Source: Actinomycetota bacterium (GTDB lineage Bacteria > Actinomycetota > Acidimicrobiia > Spongiisociales > UBA11373). Taken from it: a DNA stretch of 64,000 nt. Where the stretch lies: NCBI GenBank assembly GCA_016870535.1, contig VGBK01000002.1:2841-66840 (forward strand), read 5' to 3'. Each line of letters opens with the position of its first letter. Positions within the stretch are counted from its first letter, which is position 1. Below the pieces are notes generated by a model. The model was not told the DNA's origin. It saw only the letters and a list, made by a program, of their open reading frames with translations, and made no database searches. Shown here piece after piece: positions 9,354-19,339 of this stretch. Position numbers and translations under genes: made by a program.

Positions 9354-9758
9354 ATGCCCACCCTGGAACTCACCCGGGAGAACTTCGAGACCACCATCGC
9401 GGAGAACGAGACCGTGCTGGTCGACTTCTGGGCCTCGTGGTGCGGCCCCTGCCGCATGTTCGGGCCCATCTTCGAGAAGGCCTCCGACGAGCACCCCGGC
9501 ATCGTCTTCGGCAAGGTCGACACCGAGGCGCAGCAGGAACTGGCGGCCGCCTTCGGCATCAGTTCCATCCCCACGCTCATGGTCTTTCGCGACCAGGTGG
9601 TGCTCTACTCCCGGCCCGGGGCCCTGCCTGCCGCCGCGCTCGGCGACCTGATCCGCCAGGCCCAGGCCCTCGACATGGACGAGGTGCGGCGCACCATCAC
9701 CGCCCAGGAAGCCGAACATGCCGGCCACGACCACAGTCGCGATCACCACGACGACTGA
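9354..9758 (+). CDS. trxA: Thioredoxin.
   Basis: WCGPC active site. 134 aa with a His-rich C-terminal tail. Confidence 0.9.
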   Translation: MPTLELTRENFETTIAENETVLVDFWASWCGPCRMFGPIFEKASDEHPGIVFGKVDTEAQQELAAAFGISSIPTLMVFRDQVVLYSRPGALPAAALGDLIRQAQALDMDEVRRTITAQEAEHAGHDHSRDHHDD

Positions 9759-9789
9759 CCCGTCGCGCCCGCCGGCGTAGCATCGCCGG

Positions 9790-10653
9790 GTGCTGCGCTA
9801 CGCGATCAACCTGCCCAACTTCGGCGACTTCGCCGACCCGCATCGCCTGGTGGACCTCGCCCGGCGAGCCGAGGCCGCCGGCTGGGACGGCTTCTTCCTC
9901 TGGGATCACATCCGGGCCGGGGAGTGGGCGGGCCCGGTCACCGACCCGTGGGTCGCTCTGGCCGCCGTGGCCGGGGCCACCCGGCGCCTCACCCTGGGGA
10001 CCATGGTCACTCCCCTCCCCCGCCGCCGGCCCACCACCCTGGCTCGCCAGACGGTGACCCTCGACCACCTGTCGAGGGGGCGGCTGGTGCTCGGGGTGGG
10101 CATCGGCTGGCCGCGCGACGTGGACTTCGCCGACCTGGGCGACTCGGGAGACGATCGGGTGCGAGCCGCCCAACTCGATGAGGGTCTCGAGGTCCTCACC
10201 GGGCTGTGGTCGGGCGAGCCCTACTCCTTCAACGGAGTGCACTACCACCTCAAGCGAACGCAGTTCCTGCCCCCGCCGGTCCAGCAGCCCCGCATCCCCA
10301 TCTGGGTGGGAGCCATGTGGCCCCGCCGCCGGCCGTTCCGCAGGGCGGCCCGCTGGGACGGCATGGTGCCTCTGGTGCAGGACCCCGAGATGGACTTCCG
10401 GCCCCCGACCGCCCCCGAGGTGGCCGAGATGCTGGACTACGTCGGGGAACACCGCGACCCGGTGGCGCCGTTCCAGGTGGCCGTGGGCGGCACCCTCTCC
10501 GGCCTGGCCGACCAGGGCATGACCGCCCCCGAGGTCATCGGCCCCTACCACGAGGCCGGGGCCACCTGGTGGATGGAGGCCATCGGCTGGCCGCTGCGGC
10601 CCTATGGGTTCTGGCCGGAGTACGTGTCGCTGGGGCCGCCCCGCCTCGGCTAG
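9790..10653 (+). CDS. LLM-class (luciferase-like) flavin/F420-dependent oxidoreductase.
   Basis: Luciferase-like monooxygenase fold signature across the 287-aa protein. Confidence 0.7.
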   Translation: MLRYAINLPNFGDFADPHRLVDLARRAEAAGWDGFFLWDHIRAGEWAGPVTDPWVALAAVAGATRRLTLGTMVTPLPRRRPTTLARQTVTLDHLSRGRLVLGVGIGWPRDVDFADLGDSGDDRVRAAQLDEGLEVLTGLWSGEPYSFNGVHYHLKRTQFLPPPVQQPRIPIWVGAMWPRRRPFRRAARWDGMVPLVQDPEMDFRPPTAPEVAEMLDYVGEHRDPVAPFQVAVGGTLSGLADQGMTAPEVIGPYHEAGATWWMEAIGWPLRPYGFWPEYVSLGPPRLG

Positions 10654-10728
10654 CGCGCCGGGCCGCAGGGCAGTGCCGGCTTCAGTACGATCGCGTCACC
10701 ACCCCCCGAGACGGCGGAAGGAGAAGCA

Positions 10729-12495
10729 ATGCGGACTTCACGTGGGGCTCTAGGGATCCTCTGCGCCGGCGCCATCCTGATCGCAGGGTGCACCTCGGGC
10801 ACGCCCGAGCCCGGGGCGTCCACCACGCCGACACCCCCGCCGTCTCCGGCCGATCTGGTGCTCACCAACGGGGTCGTGTACACCGTGGATGCCGGCCGCA
10901 GCATCTCATCGGCCATGGCCATCGCCGGCGACACCATCGTCTATGTAGGCGACGATGCCGGTGCGGCGGCCTTCGTGGGGGCGGACACCACCGTCATCGA
11001 CCTCGGGGGGCGCCTCGTCCTCCCCGGCCTCATCGACAGCCACGCCCACGCCACCTCCGGCGTGTCCGACCTCTACGAGGTCCCCCTGTACGGGATCGGG
11101 TCCGTCGAGGAGTACCAGCAGGCCGTCGCCGACTTCCTGGCCGCCTCGCCCGGCTTGACCGCCCTGCGCGGCGCCGGCTGGATCAACGCCGTCTTCGGCC
11201 CGCAGGGGCCCACCGCAGCCATGCTCGACGCGGTGGCCCCCGACATCCCGGCCCTGCTGTATTCCGAGGACTACCACAGTGCCTGGGCCAATACCGCGGC
11301 CCTGGAAGCGGCCGGCATCACCGCCGCCACCCCCGATCCCGCCGGCGGGATCATCGAGCGCGACCCGGACGGCAGCCCCCTGGGCACCCTGCGGGAGTCG
11401 GCCATGGCCCTGGCCGAAGGGGTCATCCCGCCGTACGGCGTCGAGCAGTACCTCGAAGGGCTGGCCTACTTCCAGGGCTTCGCCCACTCGCTCGGGCTGA
11501 CCACGGTCTACATCCCCAGCCTGCCCGGCGGGGACGACGCCGCCCTGCAGGCCCTGCACGACTTCGAAGCTTCCGGCGACATGGCGATCCGCTTCCCCAC
11601 CGCGGTCAACATCGACCCCGAGGAAGACCTCTCTGCGGTCGACGCCCTGGCCGCCCGGCGGAGCGCCGAGGCCGGGGGCCTCTTCCAGATCGTGGCTGCC
11701 AAGATCTTCGTGGACGGCGTTCTGGAAGGCGGGACCGCCTACCTGGAGGAGCCCTATCTGCACCAGCCGGGCAACGGCGAGTTGCTGTGGGACCCCGAGC
11801 ACTACAACGAGATGTGCGCCGCACTCGATCGGGCCGGCGTCCAGATCCACGTCCACTCCATCGGCGACGCCTCCACCCGCATCACCCTGGACGGGTTCGC
11901 CCATGCCCGCGCGCAGAACGGGGCGCGCGATGCCCGCAACATGATCACCCACCTCCAGCTGGTAGCTCCCGAGGACATCGCCCGCTTCGCCGACCTTGGC
12001 GTGATCGCCGTCCCGCAGCCCTACTGGTTCGTGGTGGACACCTACTACCACCAGGCGGTCGACTACGTGGGCCAGGAGCGGGCCGATGCGCAGTACCCGA
12101 TGAGGAGCTTCTTCGACGCCGGCGTCACGGTGGCCTCGGCCAGCGACTACCCGGTCTCCTGGCCGCCGGACCCCATGCTCGCCATCGAGCTCGGCATCAC
12201 CCGGACGGTGCCCCGCGGCAGCGAGATCTACGTGGACCCGGACTTCGAGACACCCCTGAATCCGGAGGAGGGGGTCACGATCGACCAGATGATCGCGTCC
12301 TTCACCATCAACGGGGCCTACGCCATCTCCATGGAGGGCGAGATCGGCTCCCTGGAGGTGGGCAAGAAGGCCGACTTCATCGTCCTGAGCCAGAACATCC
12401 TCGAGGCCGACCCGGGCGCGATCCACGAAACCACCGTGCTGCTGACCTACTTCGCCGGCCGGGAGGTCTACCGCAGCGAGGCCTACCCCGGGTGA
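10729..12495 (+). CDS. Secreted or lipoprotein amidohydrolase-family metal-dependent hydrolase.
   Basis: Lipobox LIAGCTSG. Amidohydrolase motifs (IDSHAHA ... HVHSIGD). Confidence 0.7.
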   Translation: MRTSRGALGILCAGAILIAGCTSGTPEPGASTTPTPPPSPADLVLTNGVVYTVDAGRSISSAMAIAGDTIVYVGDDAGAAAFVGADTTVIDLGGRLVLPGLIDSHAHATSGVSDLYEVPLYGIGSVEEYQQAVADFLAASPGLTALRGAGWINAVFGPQGPTAAMLDAVAPDIPALLYSEDYHSAWANTAALEAAGITAATPDPAGGIIERDPDGSPLGTLRESAMALAEGVIPPYGVEQYLEGLAYFQGFAHSLGLTTVYIPSLPGGDDAALQALHDFEASGDMAIRFPTAVNIDPEEDLSAVDALAARRSAEAGGLFQIVAAKIFVDGVLEGGTAYLEEPYLHQPGNGELLWDPEHYNEMCAALDRAGVQIHVHSIGDASTRITLDGFAHARAQNGARDARNMITHLQLVAPEDIARFADLGVIAVPQPYWFVVDTYYHQAVDYVGQERADAQYPMRSFFDAGVTVASASDYPVSWPPDPMLAIELGITRTVPRGSEIYVDPDFETPLNPEEGVTIDQMIASFTINGAYAISMEGEIGSLEVGKKADFIVLSQNILEADPGAIHETTVLLTYFAGREVYRSEAYPG

Positions 12496-12523
12496 GGTGA
12501 GGAGCCCCGGCCGGCCTGAGCCG

Positions 12524-13330
12524 TCACCCCCGGGGAATCAGCGCCAGCTGACGCGACTGGGCGACCAGCCGGCCCGAGGCGTCCCACACTTCACCGTCCT
12601 CCTCCAGGAACCCCCCGGTGATGAACCGGGTGGTGAAGGCGCAGCGCAGCCACCCCGGCTCGGGCCGGGCGCGGACGTGGGCGGTGAGCTCCAAAGTAGG
12701 GGTCCAGGCCACGGGCAGGCCGGCCCGGAACACGGTGGGCGGGAAGGCGTCGACCGCCACCAGCAGCCCGAGAGGGTCGATCGGCTCGCCGCCGGGGAAG
12801 CGGAACCAGCCGCTGACCCGAGGAGGCCCGGTCGGGCCGGTGAAAGGCAGTTCATCGGGATGCAGGCGAAGCTCCACCCGGCCCATGAAGGGCGGCGGGA
12901 AGGTCTCGGTGGCCTCGATCAGGTAGCAGTCCTCCGGCGGCGGCAGGTCGGGCGGGGCGGCATCCACCCGCTCCGGCCCGGCGTAGCCTCCCAACTCGGC
13001 GAAGCTGCCCAGCACGGCCACCACCGGCACGCCCGCCGAGGCCAGGGTGGCCGCCACGGTGGAGAAGCGCCGGCCGCGGCGCAGCACCCGCGCCTCGATC
13101 TGCACCGGGCCGGGACGGCCCGGAGCGAGGTAATGGCCGGTGACGGTCACCGGGTCCGGCCGGCCGGAGGCCTCGGCCGCGGCCCGGGCGGCGATGGCCA
13201 GGGTGTACCCGCCGTCGGCGTTCCCGCCGATGTCCCAGCCCGGGGCGATCTCCCCGGCCCAGGTGGTCTCGTCCCGGCGGTGGACCGCGCTGGCGGCGGC
13301 GAAAGGCCCGGTCACGCCGGCCTCAGCCCC
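12524..13330 (-). CDS. Acyl-CoA thioesterase (TesB-like double hotdog).
   Basis: The C-terminal roughly 270 aa of the track ORF match the acyl-CoA thioesterase II family. The upstream part of the ORF overlaps tag and is not coding. A GTG start near 13330 is assumed. Confidence 0.55.
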   Translation of the reverse strand, partial: GAEAGVTGPFAAASAVHRRDETTWAGEIAPGWDIGGNADGGYTLAIAARAAAEASGRPDPVTVTGHYLAPGRPGPVQIEARVLRRGRRFSTVAATLASAGVPVVAVLGSFAELGGYAGPERVDAAPPDLPPPEDCYLIEATETFPPPFMGRVELRLHPDELPFTGPTGPPRVSGWFRFPGGEPIDPLGLLVAVDAFPPTVFRAGLPVAWTPTLELTAHVRARPEPGWLRCAFTTRFITGGFLEEDGEVWDASGRLVAQSRQLALIPRG

Positions 13331-13941
13331 GCCGCCGGCGCGACCCGCGCCGCTTCCACCTCCGCTTGCATCACACAGCCGGCGGCATGGTCGTTGACCA
13401 GGCCCACCGCCTGCATGAAGGAGTAGACGATGGTGGGCCCCACGAAGGAGAAGCCGCGCCGCTTGAGATCGCGGCTCAACAGGCGGGACCCCTCCGTCTC
13501 GGCCGGGAGTTCGGCGATGGCTTGCGGCGCCGCGCCCGGGAGCACCATGTGGGGCCGGAAGTAGGCGGCCAGAGAGCCGAGCTCCGCCCCGACCTCCAGC
13601 GCCCGGCGGGCGTTGCCGATCGCCGCCTCGATCTTGCCGCGATGCCGGACGATGCCGGCGTCGCCGAGCAGGCGGGCCACGTCCGCCGCGCCGAAGGCCG
13701 CCACTCGTGGGATCTCGAAGCCGGCGAAGGCGGCCCTGAAGGCCTCCCGCTTGCGCAGGATCGTCGCCCACGACAGGCCGGCCTGGAAACCCTCGAGCAC
13801 CAGCATCTCGAACAGATGCCGATCGTCGGTCACCGGCCGGCCCCACTCCTGGTCGTGGTAGCGGAGGTAGGTCTCGCCGCCGCCCACCCCCCACCAGCAG
13901 CGCAGGCGGCCGTCCGGTCCCGGGGCGAGGATGTCGGTCAT
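13312..13941 (-). CDS. tag: DNA-3-methyladenine glycosylase I.
   Basis: YHDQEWG, LEGFQAGLSWATIL and other Tag motifs. Confidence 0.85.
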   Translation of the reverse strand: MTDILAPGPDGRLRCWWGVGGGETYLRYHDQEWGRPVTDDRHLFEMLVLEGFQAGLSWATILRKREAFRAAFAGFEIPRVAAFGAADVARLLGDAGIVRHRGKIEAAIGNARRALEVGAELGSLAAYFRPHMVLPGAAPQAIAELPAETEGSRLLSRDLKRRGFSFVGPTIVYSFMQAVGLVNDHAAGCVMQAEVEAARVAPAAGLRPA

Positions 13942-13981
13942 GCCTCCACGCTACTGCGCGGTCCCCGACCCCCGGCGCCGC

Positions 13982-16354
13982 TCAGTCGCCTCCGAGCGCC
14001 TCCAGCGCCCGCTGCACCAGCGTCCGGAGAACCGCCACCTTGTAGCGGTTGTCGGCGAGAGGAGCCGCGTCGGCCACCGCCAGGCTCGCCGCCTCGCCGA
14101 CCGTCGCCGGATCGAGACGCCGGCCGACCAGGTACTCCTCGGCCCCGGTGGCCCGCAGCGGGATCGGCGCCGCCGCCCCCAGCGCCACGCGGGCAGAGCG
14201 CACCTCCCCCCGAGACAGGGTCGCCACCGCGGCCACCCCGGCGATGGGGAAGTCGATGGAATGCCGGGTGCGGAACTTCAGGTAGCACTGCCGGGTGCCC
14301 GGGGCGGGGCGCGGCACCTCGACCTCGGCCACCAGTTCGCCGGGCGCCAGCACCGTCGCCGATTGCGGCCCCACGGCGAAGAATTCCTCGGCCGGAACCC
14401 GCCGCCGGGTGGTGCGGATCGTGGCCCCCAAAGCCACCAGCACCGGGGCCAGGTCGGCGGCGTTCACCGCCACACAGCCACCGCAGTTGAAGCAGCGCCG
14501 CGCCTCGGCATCGAGCGTCGCCCAGGGCAGGGAGGACCGGTCCTCGGCCGTCAGGGTGCGCCCTCCGACCGCCTCCTCCGCGACCGGGGGTGACGACACC
14601 CACGACGCCGGGTTCAGGTCCAGGAACGCCGGGCGGCGCGCCGCCTCGGTCCCCCGCAAAACCCCTGCGCCTCCCAGGTGCCGGTCCAGGGCGAGGGCGG
14701 CGCGCCGCCCGGCGGCGATGGCCGCCACCACGGTGGCCGGGCCGCCGGTGGCGTCGCCCCCGGCGAAGACCCCCGGCAGACCGGTCGCCCCCGTCTCGGG
14801 ATCCGCCGCCAGCACGCCGCGGCCCGTCACCGGCACGCCGCGGGCGTACCCGAGATCGGGGCCCTGCCCTATCGCCAGCACCACCTGGTCGGCGGCCACC
14901 GTCACCCGCTCCCCCGTGTCCATGACCGGAGCGAATCGTCCGGCGGCGTCGAACACCTCCGTGCAGCGGGCCAACTCCATCCCGGCGAGGGCCCCCCGCC
15001 GGAGGAGGGCCCGGTGCGGACCCCACGACGGCATGATCTGCACCCGCTCCCGCAGGGCCTGCTCCACATCCTCGGGGAAAGCCGGCATCTCGTCGCGCTT
15101 CTCGAGGCAGGCGACGGTGACCTGCCCGGCGCCGAGGCGCAGCGCCGAGATGGCCACATCCAGAGCCACGCTGCCCCCGCCGATCACCAGGACCCGCCGG
15201 CCGGCCGAGGTCACCGTCCCGTCGCGGATCCCACGCAGGAAGGCCAGGCCGCTCGTCAGCAACTCCCCGTGGGGCAGGCCGAGGGGCTTCTGCACCCAGG
15301 CGCCCGTAGCCAGGAACACCCCGTCGTGGCGCGACCGCACCGTCCGCAGCGACAGCCCGGGCGCCCCCACACGGGCCCCGAACCGGAAGGCGATCCCCAT
15401 GCCCTCGAGGGCGGCCACCTGGCGACGCACCACCTCGGCGGGCAGCCGATAGGCGGGGATCCCGTAGGCCAGCATCCCGCCCGCGTCGGGAAGAGCCTCG
15501 TACACCGTCACCTCGTGCCCCAGGCGCCGCAGGAAGTAGGCGGCCGACAGGCCGCCCGGGCCCGAGCCCACCACGGCTACCTGCTTCCCGCTGCGCCGCC
15601 GCGGCGCCCGATAGAGGCGCCGGGCATGCTCGAGGGCGTGCTCGCCGATCCCCCGCTCGATGCTCCGCACCGACACCGCCCCGTCCCAGTGGCCCCGGTT
15701 GCAGCCCATTTCGCAGTAGTGGGGGCAGACCCGGCCGGTGATCGCCGGCAGCGGGTTCTGCTGCAGGACGAGAGCGGCGGCGCCGTCGAGGTCCCCGGCT
15801 CGCACCAGGCTCAGGTAGGCGGCGATGTCGATGTGCGCCGGGCAGTCCCGGGAGCAGGGTGCGTCGATGGCGCGCATCGCCCCGAACACCGAGTGGTAGC
15901 GGTTCTCCCCCATCACCGCCGGGCACCCGTTGCCCCCCTTGCGGGAGCAGAAGAACCGGTTCTCGGGGTGCCGGTAGTACCAGCAGCGCGGCTCCTGGCA
16001 GATGTTCCCACCCACCGTGGCCATGTTGCGGATCTGCGACGAGGCCACCGCCCCCGCGGCCGCAGCCAGGGCCGGCCAGGTGGTGATCACCTCTGCGCCG
16101 GCGGCTACCTCGGCGAGGGTGACGCGCGCCCCCAGGCGCAGCCGGTCCGGGGTGACGGCGATGCCCCCGATCCCCGGCACGGCCTGGAGATCGGCGACGA
16201 GGGCCGGCGCCACGGGATGGATGTGGTCCCGCAGGGCCCCCAGCAGGTCGGTGCCCCCGGCGAGGACCACACCGGCCTCCGGGCCCGCCCCCACCAGGGC
16301 CGCCGCCTCTTCGAGAGAAGCGGGCCGCTCGTAGGTGAAGGGGCTCGGCTCCAC
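13982..16354 (-). CDS. Chimeric FAD-binding subunit of a molybdenum hydroxylase. It is CoxM/XdhB-like with an inserted GltD-like NADPH-dependent oxidoreductase module.
   Basis: Domain order along the protein: (1) CoxM-type FAD-binding N-domain (GGTDLL ... ATVGGNICQE); (2) a Fer4_20-like Cys cluster followed by a GltD-type dinucleotide-binding domain (VAVVGSGPGGLSAAY ... AYGIPAYRLP ... GGDATGGPATVV); (3) CO-dehydrogenase-flavoprotein C-terminal domain. GTG start at 16354, 3 nt after the stop of the Mo subunit. The track ORF start at 17284 is spurious. Confidence 0.7.
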   Translation of the reverse strand: MEPSPFTYERPASLEEAAALVGAGPEAGVVLAGGTDLLGALRDHIHPVAPALVADLQAVPGIGGIAVTPDRLRLGARVTLAEVAAGAEVITTWPALAAAAGAVASSQIRNMATVGGNICQEPRCWYYRHPENRFFCSRKGGNGCPAVMGENRYHSVFGAMRAIDAPCSRDCPAHIDIAAYLSLVRAGDLDGAAALVLQQNPLPAITGRVCPHYCEMGCNRGHWDGAVSVRSIERGIGEHALEHARRLYRAPRRRSGKQVAVVGSGPGGLSAAYFLRRLGHEVTVYEALPDAGGMLAYGIPAYRLPAEVVRRQVAALEGMGIAFRFGARVGAPGLSLRTVRSRHDGVFLATGAWVQKPLGLPHGELLTSGLAFLRGIRDGTVTSAGRRVLVIGGGSVALDVAISALRLGAGQVTVACLEKRDEMPAFPEDVEQALRERVQIMPSWGPHRALLRRGALAGMELARCTEVFDAAGRFAPVMDTGERVTVAADQVVLAIGQGPDLGYARGVPVTGRGVLAADPETGATGLPGVFAGGDATGGPATVVAAIAAGRRAALALDRHLGGAGVLRGTEAARRPAFLDLNPASWVSSPPVAEEAVGGRTLTAEDRSSLPWATLDAEARRCFNCGGCVAVNAADLAPVLVALGATIRTTRRRVPAEEFFAVGPQSATVLAPGELVAEVEVPRPAPGTRQCYLKFRTRHSIDFPIAGVAAVATLSRGEVRSARVALGAAAPIPLRATGAEEYLVGRRLDPATVGEAASLAVADAAPLADNRYKVAVLRTLVQRALEALGGD

Positions 16355-16356
16355 GG

Positions 16357-18717
16357 CTAGGCCTTCCCCAGGGCGGCCAGGACCTTCTGCGGGGTCAGCG
16401 GTATCTCGTCGAGCCGCACCCCGATCGCCTGATAGACCGCGTTGAGGATCGCCCGCGGGGTGCAGGTGAGCACCCCTTCGCCGATGCCGCAGGCCCCGTA
16501 CTCCCCCGCCCCGCGCCACTCCTCCAGCAGGACCGGGGTGATGTGCGGCATGTCGGGAAGGGTGGGGATGTGGTAGTCGATCCAATTGAAGTTGAGGGGC
16601 ACCCCGGTGCCCCGGTCGTAGATGATCTCCTCGGTGAGCGTCTCCCCCACTCCGGCGCACTGCCCGCCGATCTGCTGCGCCTCGGCTCCCGAGGCGTACA
16701 TGACGGTCCCGCAGTCGTTGACCACCACCAGTTCCAGCACCTCGATGCGGCCGGTTCCGGTGTCCACCTCCACCTCGGCGAAGGCGGCCAGGTAGGGAAC
16801 CCCGGTTTCCTCGGCAGCGGGGAGCCGGCTGGTGGTGACCACGATGGGCACCAGGTCGCCCTGCCACAGCACGGCGCGGAAGTCCACCCCGGCCTCGGGG
16901 GCGTCCCGGCGGAAGATGCGCCCGCCGGCGACGTCGAGGTCGGCGGGGTCCGCCTGCCACTGCCGGGCCGCCGCCGCCAGCACCCGTGCCTTGAGCTCCC
17001 GGGCGGCGTCGACCAGCGCCTCCGACTGGAGGAAGGAGACCGAGCTGTCGGTTTGCACGGTGTCCTTCAGCCCCCGTTCGGTGTCCACCACCGCCACCCA
17101 GGTGATGTCCTCCGGGGTGATGCCCAGGAAGCCCAGCGCCTCGGCGCAGCCGAGCACGTTGCAGGTGTTCGACCCGGTCCCGGTCTCCACCGTGGGGGCA
17201 TCGAGCAGCACCGTCCCGTCGGGGTTGAGCCGCAGGCTCACCTGGATCTCCCCCCGGCGCAGCTCCTGCCACTCGGCGTGCCACCCCGGGTGGAAGGAGA
17301 AGCCGACGCCGCGGCGCCGCTCTCCGGGAGACTCCGGGCCGGCGCCGGGGGCGTGGCGCTTGTCCCGCCAGCCGATGCGCCGGGCGCCGGCTTCCAAGAC
17401 CGCCTTCAGGCTGGCGTCGGGCAGCGCCTCCTGGCGGTGGCCGAAGTTGCGCACGGCCAGGTCCAGGGGGTCCAGGCCGAGGCGCTCGGCGAGCAGGTCC
17501 ACCAGGTGCCCGAGGATCAGGTTCAACTGGGAGTTGCCCACCCCGCGCATCATGCAGCCCGGCAGCTTGTTGGTGTAGACGCCGTAGGCCTCCATCCGCA
17601 CATTGGGGATGTGGGCGAAGCAGACCTCGGCCACCTCGGCGGGGGCGAACTTGAGGGCGAACACCGAGTGATCGGCGTAGGCCCCCACATTGCCGGTCCC
17701 CTTCAGGCAGAGCGCGGTGATGGTGCCGTCCCGGCGCGCTCCCAGGCGCCCCTCGTAGATGATCGGCTGGCGCGAGTCGTGGAACGCCTCGCGCCGGCTG
17801 TGGCGGAACTTCACCGGACGCCCGGTGCGCCGCGCCAGCAGGGCGGTGAAGACGAAGAAAGGCTGGTCCCCGGTGTCGTTGCGGCCGAACTGGCCGCCCA
17901 CGTAATGCGAGATCACCCGCACCCGCGACAAGGGGATCTCCAGCATCTGGCTGAGGTGCATGCGGGTCTGGTCGGCCTCGTAGGAGTTCGACCAGACGGT
18001 GAGGGTGTCGCCCTCCCAGCGGGCCAGGCAGGTCCAGTTCTCCAGGGCGCCCTGATTGGCGTTGTGGTACACCGAGGTGCCGGCCACCACCACCTCGGCT
18101 TCCTCCAGCGCGCCCAGGGCGTCGCCCTTGTCCAGGAAGACATCGGCTCCGCCGACTTCGTCCGCCGGCAGGACGTTGCCCGGGGCCACCTCCGGGTGGA
18201 CGGCCGGGGCCCCCGGCCGCATGGCCTCATACGGGTCGAGGACGAACGGCAGCACTTCCCAGTCGACCACGATCTGGCGCAGCGCCTCCTCGGCCGCCGC
18301 CTCGCTCTCGGCAGCGACCACCACCCCGGCCTCGTCGCCCACCCAGTGCACGCGGTCCCCGAGTACCCGGCGGTCGCGGAAGCGCCGCCACATCATCCGC
18401 TCGTAAGAGACGGTGTCCACGCCGTCGGTCCATCCCGCACTGGTCGGTTTGAGGGCGGCCACCTCGGGGTCGGCGTAGGTCAGGATGTCCACCACCCCGG
18501 GCAGCGCTGCGGCCCGGGAGAGGTCCAGGCCCCGGATGCGGGCATGGGGATGCGGGCTGCGCAGCACCCGGGCGTGCAGCAGGTTGGGGAAGCGCTCTCG
18601 GGTGGTCACGTCGTCGGCGTACCGCGCCCGCCCCGACGCCTTCTCCAGCGCATCGATCCGCGGCCGGTAGCCGCCGACGAAGCGCCGGGGCACGCGCGGG
18701 GCGAAGGGCTCGCTCAC
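16357..18717 (-). CDS. Xanthine dehydrogenase / aldehyde oxidase-family molybdopterin-binding large subunit.
   Basis: 786 aa with MoCo-binding a/b hammerhead and the aldehyde oxidase/xanthine dehydrogenase domains. Its start overlaps the 2Fe-2S subunit stop (ATGA). Confidence 0.8.
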   Translation of the reverse strand: MSEPFAPRVPRRFVGGYRPRIDALEKASGRARYADDVTTRERFPNLLHARVLRSPHPHARIRGLDLSRAAALPGVVDILTYADPEVAALKPTSAGWTDGVDTVSYERMMWRRFRDRRVLGDRVHWVGDEAGVVVAAESEAAAEEALRQIVVDWEVLPFVLDPYEAMRPGAPAVHPEVAPGNVLPADEVGGADVFLDKGDALGALEEAEVVVAGTSVYHNANQGALENWTCLARWEGDTLTVWSNSYEADQTRMHLSQMLEIPLSRVRVISHYVGGQFGRNDTGDQPFFVFTALLARRTGRPVKFRHSRREAFHDSRQPIIYEGRLGARRDGTITALCLKGTGNVGAYADHSVFALKFAPAEVAEVCFAHIPNVRMEAYGVYTNKLPGCMMRGVGNSQLNLILGHLVDLLAERLGLDPLDLAVRNFGHRQEALPDASLKAVLEAGARRIGWRDKRHAPGAGPESPGERRRGVGFSFHPGWHAEWQELRRGEIQVSLRLNPDGTVLLDAPTVETGTGSNTCNVLGCAEALGFLGITPEDITWVAVVDTERGLKDTVQTDSSVSFLQSEALVDAARELKARVLAAAARQWQADPADLDVAGGRIFRRDAPEAGVDFRAVLWQGDLVPIVVTTSRLPAAEETGVPYLAAFAEVEVDTGTGRIEVLELVVVNDCGTVMYASGAEAQQIGGQCAGVGETLTEEIIYDRGTGVPLNFNWIDYHIPTLPDMPHITPVLLEEWRGAGEYGACGIGEGVLTCTPRAILNAVYQAIGVRLDEIPLTPQKVLAALGKA

Positions 18718-19259
18718 GGAGAGGCCCCGAGATCACCGGCGGCGGCGTGCTGCACGGCGCGGGCAATGCCGGCGTAGCAGCCGCACCGGCAGATGTTGCC
18801 GCCCAGGGCCTCGGCCACTGCCGCCGGACCGGGCCTCGGCTGGCGGTCGAGCAGCGCCCGCGCCGTCATGACGAAACCGGGAGTGCAGTAGCCGCACTGC
18901 AGGGCCGTCCCGAAGCCCGGCTCGCACTGGGCGGCGAAGGCCTGCACCACCGCGTCATCGGCACCCAGGCCCTCCACGGTCACGATCTCGTGCCCTTCGG
19001 CCGCCATCGCCAGCACCAGGCACGACAGCACCGCCTTCCCGTCCATGATGACCGTGCAGGCGCCGCAGGCCCCCTCGTCGCAGGCCAGTTTCAGCCCGGT
19101 CAGGCCCAACCGCTCGCGTAGCACGTAGCCCAGAGTCGTGCCGGGTTCGAGGTCACGCCCCACCGTCAGTTCGTGAGTGCGACCGTTGACCCGCAGACGG
19201 CAGATCGGCCCGGCCGACCAATCCCCCGGAGCCCCCGCCCGCTTCGCCGCCTCCGCCAC
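18714..19259 (-). CDS. (2Fe-2S)-binding small subunit of a molybdenum hydroxylase (CoxS-like).
   Basis: Plant-type ferredoxin cysteines CDEGACGAC plus the second cluster CGYCTPG...CRCGCY. Confidence 0.85.
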   Translation of the reverse strand: MAEAAKRAGAPGDWSAGPICRLRVNGRTHELTVGRDLEPGTTLGYVLRERLGLTGLKLACDEGACGACTVIMDGKAVLSCLVLAMAAEGHEIVTVEGLGADDAVVQAFAAQCEPGFGTALQCGYCTPGFVMTARALLDRQPRPGPAAVAEALGGNICRCGCYAGIARAVQHAAAGDLGASP

Positions 19260-19339
19260 TGCGTCTGCCTCCTCGCCATCGAATCCGACACGCCGGATCC
19301 GGCCCGATCATGCCACACGCGGCCGCGCTGCCGTACCGG

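Noticed and set aside
13982-17284. A 1100-aa single ORF spanning the FAD subunit and part of the Mo subunit region.
   Set aside because: The upstream 300 codons are Gly/Arg-rich out-of-frame overlap with the Mo subunit gene. A GTG with correct spacing after the upstream stop, plus domain boundaries, support a start at 16354.
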